Origin: Sedimentisphaerales bacterium
Lineage (GTDB): Bacteria > Planctomycetota > Phycisphaerae > Sedimentisphaerales > SM23-30
Direction: 5' to 3'
Assembly (NCBI GenBank): GCA_963663965.2
Contig: CAXXFK010000006.1
Location: forward strand, 244,891 to 308,890
DNA: 64,000 nucleotides
Shown: in pieces, positions 54,901-64,000 of the stretch
How the letters are laid out: every line of letters begins with the position of its first letter
Position numbering within the stretch: position 1 is the first letter of the stretch
Program-made: the position numbers and the translations under genes
Notes under the pieces: model-generated
The model's input: the letters and a program-made list of their open reading frames with translations, nothing else
The model's database searches: none
What the model was told of the DNA's origin: nothing

Positions 54901-57900
54901 ATTGTCCGTGCGGATTTGTTTAATGAAGAAAAAGAGGGGGATGAGGAAGGTAACAATGCCATTGCTTGGGGGCCACTTGCATTAAATGTGCATGAATTAC
55001 AGGCCGATATGGCGCCATCGGCAAATAGTTTGACAGATGATCGTGATGATTATTTTATGGTCGAAGCTCAAGCTGATAGTAATTTACTGATTCTGCTGGA
55101 CCACATAACCGAAGGGTCATCTGCAGATCTCTACGCCAGTTATGAATCCATACCTTCCCCGCAGCAGTATGATTATGCTTCCAAAGATAATATTGGCACT
55201 CAAGTGGGAATTCCCGCCGCGCAATCGGGCCATTATTATGTCCTGGTCCATTCCGTTAGCGCTCAATCACCCGATTATTATGAAATATCCGCATGGCAGC
55301 CTGATATAGTCGTTACCAATATATACCCAACCCATCATAGTGTCAGTAGTCCATGTGTCATGACCATTAACGGTGGGGGATTTGATGAGACCGTCCAAAT
55401 TCAATTTAATGATCCAGAGAACAATGTTCAGCAGCCTGACAGGATTGAAGTTTTGTCATCTGATTCTCTGCTGGCCTACTTGGAGACACCCCTGTGGTCC
55501 CAGAAAAGTTATGATTTGATAGTATCCAAAGCAGTTGCAACAAAATCATCCGGTGATGGTACTATTTATTCTGATAAACCGGTGGCTTATGAATATGTAC
55601 AGAAAGATATTTTTGAAGTCACAGATGGAGTACCTTATCTGGAAACACATGTTGTTATGCCGGCTCAAATGGGTTATCACTGGCCACAAACGGTTTATAT
55701 TGAATATGAAAATACCGGTCAGGCATCCATGCCCTCGCCTTTGTTGAAATTAGATATGACGGATAAGGCCCTGTTAACTCTCGATAAGACCGTTCAGGAA
55801 TCCTGGTGGACAATGGGCAACTGGTGGTATGGAGGGCCGCCTAAGGGGGTTTCGGATTCAGTTCAGTTTTTAACAAAAGGCTCTGGATCAACCCCCTATA
55901 TATTACAACCGGGAGACAAAGGAAGAGTCCCCGTCTATTTTATGGGATGTCAGCAACCGTGGAATTTTTCTGACAGGGTGATCGAAGCTCATCTGAAGGT
56001 ATGCTCAGAATCCAATACTGATTCAGTAGACTGGTCCCAACATAAAGAGGCGATGAGGCCGCAATGGTGGATCGGCAGTGATGCCTGGGATGCTGTCTGG
56101 CAAAATTATATGACCCTGGCAGGTGATACTTGGGGAGAGTATATTCGAATTGTCAATCAAATGAGATTTCCACAAGCTTTAGCTCATATTGCCAGTGGAC
56201 TTCGAATATGGTATACCGGGGAACCGGGACAGGCCACTAACATCGCGGCAGATGTAATTGATGTGACCACTCCGCTGGCCTTGGCATTTCGACAGGCAGA
56301 TGGATTAAATCCTATCTACAACCTGGCTCGGGCAACCGATATGACTGTCCCTGCTCCAGGAATATCTTTATCTTTTTCGCGTATCTATCAGCAACCAATC
56401 AGCCGCCGTTACCAGGTTGGTTCGTTAGGCCGTGGCTGGCGACACAACTGGCAAATGCATTTGGCAACGAATAATGAGGGCGATATTGCTATTTATGATA
56501 TAACTGGAACACCAAGAATCTTTGATAAAGAAGGCAGTATTTTCAAGGCATCCAAAGGTGATCATGGTATTTTGACATATAGCAACGGTATCTATTATGT
56601 CACGGAATTGAATGGAACAATTACAACTTATCTAAGTAATGGCCTGTTCAGCACTATCGAGGACACCAATGGAAACAGGGTCACGGCGACATATAATGGA
56701 ACTGATTTGGCCCGATTGACGCACACAAATGGGCGGCAGATAATATTTACCAACAATGGTGGTCGTATTACCTCTATAACCGATACCCGTGATACTGATC
56801 CTGATGATGATTATACCGTACAATTTATCTATGATACTTCTGGGCAATATTTAATCACTGTTATTGAACCTGGCGGCCAAATAACCAATTATTCGTATGA
56901 GATGAGTGGGACTATCCAGCAGCGGCATGCCCTAACCGGAATTGAGTATCCAGATTTGACTCACCAATATTTTAGTTATTCCGAAAATGGCTGGCTCACA
57001 AGTGTCTCTAAAGATAATCACGCTGAGCCTTTATTATTTACTTATGATAATAAAGGCAGTGTCGCAGTAACAGATGCTCAGGGCCGAAAAACCAACTATA
57101 CCTTTGATTGGACGGGGCAGATTTCTCAAGTCAGGGATGGCAACGGTAATAAATTGAATCTGATCTATGATAACGAGGGGAAAATAGTTGGAGTAGTAGG
57201 GCCAGAGGGCCAGCAATTTGCCTATGCTTATGATAGTAAAGATAATATTACCAGTATGGAAGATGGCTTGAAGAAGACCATAAAAGTAGCTTATGAGGGC
57301 AACCATAATCAACTGAGCAGAATTATAGATCCTAGAAACAATGATATGAAATATCAATATGATAGTCGTGGTAATCTGACTAAAATAATCTACGCGGATA
57401 ATTCATCAGAAGATTATACCTATGACTCCAATGGTAATGTATTATCCTGGACTAATCGTCGCGGCCAGACGGTCTCCTATACTTATAATTCCTCGGGGCA
57501 GGTTACCAGTAAAGACTACGATACAACTCCCGAGCTGGACTTTATCTACACCTATGATACAGCGGGAAATCTGACTTCGGCATCCGACTCTCATGGCATG
57601 ACAATCATGTCCTATGATCCGGTGACCAACTGGCTCATCCGCATTGAATATCCAGGCGGAAAGTCGCTTGACTTCCAGTATGATTCGGTAGGCCGCCGCA
57701 CTCGAAGGACGGACCAGGATGGATATTATGTTGATTATCGATACACACCTCTGGGCAAACTGGAACAGATAAGTGATCCCGATGGGATTACGATTGTCGA
57801 TTATGACTATGATGCAACCGGACAGCTAGTCAAGAAAACCCTTGGCAATAACACCTATACGACTTACAGTTATGATTCGGCTGGAAATCTGATCAGTTTG

Positions 57901-60177
57901 ATCAATTATAAACCCGATGGTTCGATAATCTCCAGTTTTGCCTACTCCTATAATGCTTCTGGTCTGCGAACTTCAGAAACCACACTGGCGGGAACCCGCA
58001 CTTATGAATACGATTCCAATGGGCAACTCGTCAAGGTGACCTATCTAGATGGTAACATTACCGAGTATTTATATGATTCGGTTGGCAATCGTATCAGGGT
58101 TGTAGAAGATGGTATTTCCACCAATTATGTCACGAACAACTTGAATCAATATGAACAAGTTGGCGATACGGTTTATACTTACGATACAGATGGGAATATG
58201 ACCACAAAAACAGAAGATGGAGTTACGACCACTTATGTTTATAATGCTGAAAACCGCCTGATTGAGGTGTCAACGCCTACTGAAATCTGGATTTATACTT
58301 ATGATGCTCTTGGCAATCGAATTGCTACGGATAATAATGGAGTAGTTACGAATTTCCTGATTGATCCGGCAGGATATGGGAATTTAATTGCTGAATACGA
58401 TTCTTCAGGTGATATGGTCGCGAAATATGAGCATGGTTTTGGATTGCTGTCCAAGACCGAGCAATCTGGTGATTCATATTGGTATCACTTCAATGCGATT
58501 GGTTCAACCAGCGAGATAACTACAGAGGATGCCGCCATTTCAAATACTTACAATTATTCTCCTTTTGGGCTAATTCTATCCGAAACTGAAATAGTTTCTA
58601 ATCCATTCAAGTATGTAGGAGAAAGCGGCATAGAACAAACAAATGCTGGACTCTACTACATGAGAAAAAGATTATATGATTCATTGATTGGTAGGTTTAT
58701 ATCCATGGATCCAGTCAAAATAACTGCTGGGGACATAAATTATTATAGATATGTTAGAAACAATCCTATTAAAATGATTGACCCATTAGGTCTAATTGAA
58801 AATGATGATGAAATTGACCCAAGGACAAGAAGAATACTAGAAAGGTTAAATAATCTAACATTAGCTGATTTCCAAAAAGCATGTTGGGAATCATTAGGAG
58901 ATGCTACCGTATTGACTATTTTATTGACAAAAGGGACTCTTGACTTAGTTAGCCCTATTAGGTGGTGGAAAATTGGATCAATGGCTGTATCATTTTTCCT
59001 GGCTGAAGACATTGAAGATGTTGTTGTATCATTAATACCCTTTAATGAATTTTATTACTATTTAAGTTATCTAGGTTTATTTAATATTAATGTGCCCGAC
59101 CCTAACGGATACGATGGAGGCGATGGCAGTGGCAGTATTAGTCATATGGTTGATCCAAACCGTAAACTTGGTCCATCGGGATATGGGAATTCCAGTTATA
59201 TTCCGCGAAATCAGTTAATGGCTTATACGATTGAATTTGAAAACATGGATGATGCGACTGCTCCTGCTCATATTATTCGAGTCATTGATACATTAGATGC
59301 CGGTCTTGACCTGACTACCTTTGAATTGGTCGAACTGGTATTTGCCAATCAGACCATTTCAATTCCGCCAGGATTAAAGGAATACAAAATCAACTATGTT
59401 TTACCAGTTGATAATGAATATGTATCGGCCAGTGAGATTGTTGTCCAGATTAATATCCGATTGGATACTGCTGCCAGGGAACTCACTCTGCAAATGGTAG
59501 GAGTTGATCCTGAGACTGGCTGGCTTCCAGACAACATTCTTCTAGGAGTGCTTTATCCCAATGATGAATCCCATCGGGGTGATGGGCATTTGAGCTATAA
59601 TGTCAAGCTTAAGAACAACCTTTCCAGCGGAACTGTTATTACCAATATGGCTTCCATCTATTTCGATTGGAATGATCCGATTGACACTCCACTGGTTCTC
59701 CATACACTTGATAATGATTTACCGGAAAGTGTGATTGATGGGGTGACTCGGATCAATAAGACTGACATTCAAGTGGATTGGTCTGGATCTGATAACTCTT
59801 CTGGAATCGCAGATTATGATGTTTATGTTTCGATTGATGATAATCCCTTCGAGTTATGGCTTCAGCACGATCCCAACTCAACCGCCGTCTATCATGGTCA
59901 AATTGGCCAGAAATATAGTTTCTATAGCATTGCCTATGACAATGTTGGGAACCGGGAAGATGCTCCTGGGGAACCAGATATCATTGCAGGATTGTCTTTT
60001 TATTCCGATTTAAACTTAGATGGCGTTGTTAATGTGTTGGATTTAAGCTGCCTTATTGAACAGTGGCTCAATCCACCTGCTGTTCCATCGGCGGACATGG
60101 CTCCCGATGATGGCGATGGCTTTGTGGGATTTGATGACTTTGCCATCCTGGCTCGTGAATGGCTGGAGGGACATTAA
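51990..60177 (+). CDS. Giant secreted RHS/YD-repeat protein (beta-helix, Ig-like, CARDB, RHS core, DPN..YTIEFEN domain, dockerin-like); apparent +1 frameshift at ~53836-53841
   Basis: Signal peptide. ORFs 51990..53855 and 53815..60177 join as NWWGTTNPDLI if one G is removed from the G run. GRGWRHNW, YD repeats, core GLYYMRKRLYD..IGRFISMDP..YVRNNPI..IDPLGL; DLNLDGVVNVLDL / DDGDGFVGFDDFAILAREWL. Confidence 0.88.
52143..53350 (+). repeat. Tandem duplication of about 620 bp in the RHS protein N-terminus
   Basis: IASGATLTLA..ELQTN..YICVRASGQLAITGG..PALDTS occurs twice with near-identical DNA. Confidence 0.9.
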
Positions 60178-60741
60178 GAAATTCTGATAGAAAAATTGCT
60201 TGAAATTATGACACCATTGATTGTGTTGTTAAAAGAGCATGTCTTTAACCGTTTATTTCTTTGCGGAAAGATTATTTTTAGTATTAGGAACTTAATGAAA
60301 AATATTTTCAATTCTTAATCGAATCCGATAAGGAAAACCAAACTAACTGATGGAATATCAACTACGGCCAATAGGACTCGATTGTCATTGAATCGATCTT
60401 GATTGGCCTGATTTCCTACCTTTAGCTGTTGTATATATGAGATGCCCAATAACAATACTTTATTTAACAGATTTTTAAGTATTAATTTCTGAAAATACAA
60501 TGGCAAGGAAAACTTGTCGTTATGTAACTCCTGTCTGGGTAATCACTTCTGAATATAAATATCACTCTTGTGATAGTTGTTTATTAGGTTGATATTATTA
60601 TTTAAACGTGTTATTATAAAACTTATTCTATTTTTGGGCGATATTATAGATGCTTTAAATTTGGTATTGTTAGTCATACTTTAGCTTTTGATCATTGTTT
60701 CATTTCGGCTACCCGCAAATTGCAAAACATGAGGAGTTAAT

Positions 60742-63700
60742 ATGAACCGTTTATCATGTCCGGTCATTGTGTTGAGTGTTTTTTTATGCTTATCTTTCGT
60801 GGTTGCCAATTCCTGGGGTAATTCTTTACGATTTGATGGTGTGAATGATACTGCCTATATTCCTGCTACTTCACAGCTTAATTTTGATAATAGTTCTTCA
60901 TATACGGTTGAGTTATGGTTCAAATCGGGTTATTCCGGGTCATTAATTGAAAAGTATAATGACAACCTTGGATATCCCTATTCCATTAGTCTGAATTCAA
61001 CTGGTTCTCTGACTGCTTCCTGCTCAGACGGTGTTCATGTAGATTCTATTAGTGCCGGTTCCAATTTAAACGATAATAGCTGGCACCATGTTGCGTTGGT
61101 GAAAGAGGGCGGCATGAAAATAGAATTATATATTGATGATCATCGGGCGGCTAGTAAAATTGATCTGGAATGCGGGTCATATTCAAATAAGCGTAATGTC
61201 ATCCTCGCCAATAATAATGGTACCAACTTTTTTAATGGTTTAATAGATGAAATCCGTATCTGGAACCGCGCCCTTTCTGAAATTGAAATGATGTGCTTTT
61301 ATCGCAAACCGCGAATCGGTAATGAAGACGGATTAGTGGGATATTACCAATTTAACGAGTCCATTGGAACTGTAGCTGCTGATGCCACATCCTATCACCA
61401 TAATATCAAATTAGGCGATTTTACTGGTTCTGTTGATAAGCGACCTTTTTGGATGGCACAGGATCCAGAATTTCTCAAAGGTGTTTCTGTTATAAGATCC
61501 CAAGCGAACGATGATCCCCAGGTTCCCGGATCCATTATTAGTCTTTATTTATTGTTTAATGGTATTGTGGATCCAGCATCATTTTCATCTGATGATATTC
61601 AATGGTCAGGACCGGGTGGTCCTATCCAGATTAGCTCCATCGAGCCACTGAGCGATTATGAATGGAAAATCGGTTTTAATCCGCAATATATTCCCGGAAC
61701 GTACGATTTGGCCGTGGGTGCAAATATAATTGGTGATGGCCTACTGATGAACCAAGACAATGATAGCAATTTTGGGGAATGGCCAGATGATGTCTTTTCA
61801 GAACAATTTGATATTAGATATACCTATCGGTACAATCAGGATTTTGAAGGTGAAATCGGTTCCGAATGGTCTCATAATCTTATCAGTGTTACTCCTTTGG
61901 GCAATCGGCGGTTTTTAGGCCGATTCTGTAATGACACTATCTCGATTGATTTGGCAAAAATAGAACAAACGATAACTCAAGGGACAATATCGTTTGACCT
62001 ATATCTTATCGATTCATGGGATGGAAATGCTTCAGGACCTGGGCCTGATATATGGCAATGCAAAATGGACGATGAAATAATTTTGCGTACAACTTTTAGT
62101 AATTTGGAAGAGAGCAATTACAATCAAAGCTATCCTGAGGAATATCCTAATGGCAATTATCCTGCTGGCAAAGATGCCATTGCTATTGATAGTTTAGGAT
62201 ATTCATTTTATGGTGATTCCGTTTATCGGCTATCATTTGAATTTAATACTTTATCCCCCCCGATATTTTATTTTTCAAGCTCAGGTCTGCAAGGTTTAGG
62301 GGATGAAAGTTGGGGTATAGATAATGTCTCTGTAGAGATTTACGGTGCTATCGGTCCAGCCATTAAATCTCATTCACCATCAGGAATTACATCCAGAATG
62401 ATCGATGGCATGGATTTTGTTTTCGGCGCCCCGGTCGATCCCGCTACTTTTAGTATAGACGATATAACCATCATTGTACCGGAAAATGCCTCACCTATTA
62501 CCATCGAGAATCTTGTTAACATTGAAGATAATCTCTGGCATATCGATTTTGATCAGACAATCACTGATTTTGGCGATTACACTATTTCTGTCGGTCCCGA
62601 CCTGAAAGATATCTATGGTCGATCGCCCTGGTATCCTACCGAACCAAACAATTTATATCTTGCCAGTTTCACTTATGTAGATAATCTGGAATTTGCAAGC
62701 AATATAACAATTGCTTCTGAAAATGACTTCTATGAAAATGAAGATATTATTGTCAATGGATGTACACTTACTCTGAATGGTCAGCATTCTTTCAGAAACC
62801 TTTCAATTATTAATAATGGTGTCGTTACCCATGATGCGGATTCAATTCTGGAATTAACGGTATCAGGGGACTTGTTAATTGAATCGGGTGGTTCTCTGCA
62901 CGCCAACGGCAAGGGTTACGCGGCTTATACTGGACCGGGAGCACCGGTACTTAGTAGTGGCCGGGCGGCCAGTCATGGCGGTTATGGATATGAGGGAGGT
63001 CCGACCTATGGTTCGATTACCGAGCCGGCGGAACCGGGCAGTGGCGGTTATTATGGTACTGGCGGCGGTGTGATCCGTCTGACGGTGGGGGGCGAAATGA
63101 CCATCAACGGTACTCTGTCGGCCAATGGCGATGGCTGGAGTTCAGGCGGCAGTATCTATCTGAGCGTAGCGCATCTGCTGGGTGGCGGCCTGATCGCCAG
63201 TGATGGCAGTGGTCGTGGGGGTGGCGGCCGGATTGCGGTTTATTATGCTGACAATGAATTTACCGGTACCTTGCGGAGTAATGGGGCGAGTGATGGCGGC
63301 GCCGGGACAGTGTATCTTAAATCGGCCGAGCAAAGTTATGGTGACCTGCTGATCAGCAGTGGTCAGGGGATTACTCCATTACTGGAAGGAACATACCAAT
63401 TTGATCGAATCGAAGTAAGCAATGCCCGCTTAGAGTTATCCGAAACAACGGTTGTTCATGCCGATGAAGTCACTTTCAATGGTTCCGGCTCTAATTATGC
63501 TGCCCAGATAGCCGGTGAACTGCATGCCCGCCTGCTGACGGTGGCTTCCAACTATTATGGCCAGGTTGAAGTGACCGGTTTGGTAGAGGCTCAAGCGGTT
63601 CAGGTACGAGATTCCGGTCTGTTGTCACTGGGTGCCGGCGGCCAGATTCAAACCATCAGTACCCAGCTTTCCTCCTCGGGTAAAGTGACGGTCAACAGCG

Positions 63701-64000
63701 ATGGCTATCTGCAATCTGTGAACCTGTCTTTTGACGGTGGCAACCTGGAGTTAAATGGAACCGGTGATATCGGATTGGATGATCTGGTAATTCCATCGGG
63801 TGTGCTGACCCTGAACCGTCCCCGGATCTTCCAGAACCTAACCATTGGCTCCAGCGGTCAGGTGACCTGTGCGACAGAAACACCCTTGGAATTAACGGTA
63901 TCAGGAGATTTGCTGATCGAGACGGGTGGTTCATTGCACGCCAACGGCAGGGGTTACGCGGCTTATACGGGCCCGGGAGCGCCGGGTTTATGGCACTAGC
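60742..64000 (+). CDS. Secreted LamG + Ig-like + Gly-rich repeat protein, probably continuing beyond the window
   Basis: Signal peptide, SLRFDGVND..WHHVALV..GLIDEIRIWNRALS, NQDNDSNFGE, GGGGRIAV..GGAGTVY. The stop at 63997 falls early in a second repeat unit and disappears if one T is removed from gggtttatggcactagc. Confidence 0.82.

Noticed and set aside
60315..60506. Immunity gene for the RHS protein
   Set aside because: Short, on the opposite strand, TTG start in AT-rich DNA; probably spurious.

Overview
Accessory DNA from a bacterium that is probably a planctomycete (Phycisphaerae/Sedimentisphaerales-like, inferred from LEPR-XLL, PEP-CTERM and '...LAxxWL' dockerin motifs). There are four blocks. 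(1) 0.6-25 kb is a co-oriented defence island: an RtcR/CARF-like sigma-54 activator, a near-perfect sigma-54 promoter, a type I RM system (hsdR, hsdM, hsdS) interleaved with DUF4145/HEPN-like, Fic, DUF6338+peptide, DUF2130 and AAA_21/DUF3696+partner genes, and a Druantia-III-like gene pair hit by two copies of one IS3-family element. (2) 25-33.6 kb is a nested stack of mobile elements: IS630 > IS21 > IS256 > group II intron, with an IS3 clipping the left side. The intron sits exactly inside the IS256 terminal inverted repeat, and its EBS1 matches that repeat. (3) 33.7-38.3 kb holds two tyrosine recombinases, a tRNA-Val 3'-half att site and arm-type repeats; the island integrase has Tyr->Cys at its catalytic site. 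(4) 38.6-64 kb is a cluster of very large secreted proteins with two dockerin types, a PEP-CTERM cohesin-like anchor, a cohesin+dockerin adaptor and an RHS protein with an internal tip, which together suggest a non-cellulolytic cellulosome-like surface system. Six genes carry single-base frameshifts in short homopolymers that look like long-read errors. All domain calls are by eye; no database search was run.
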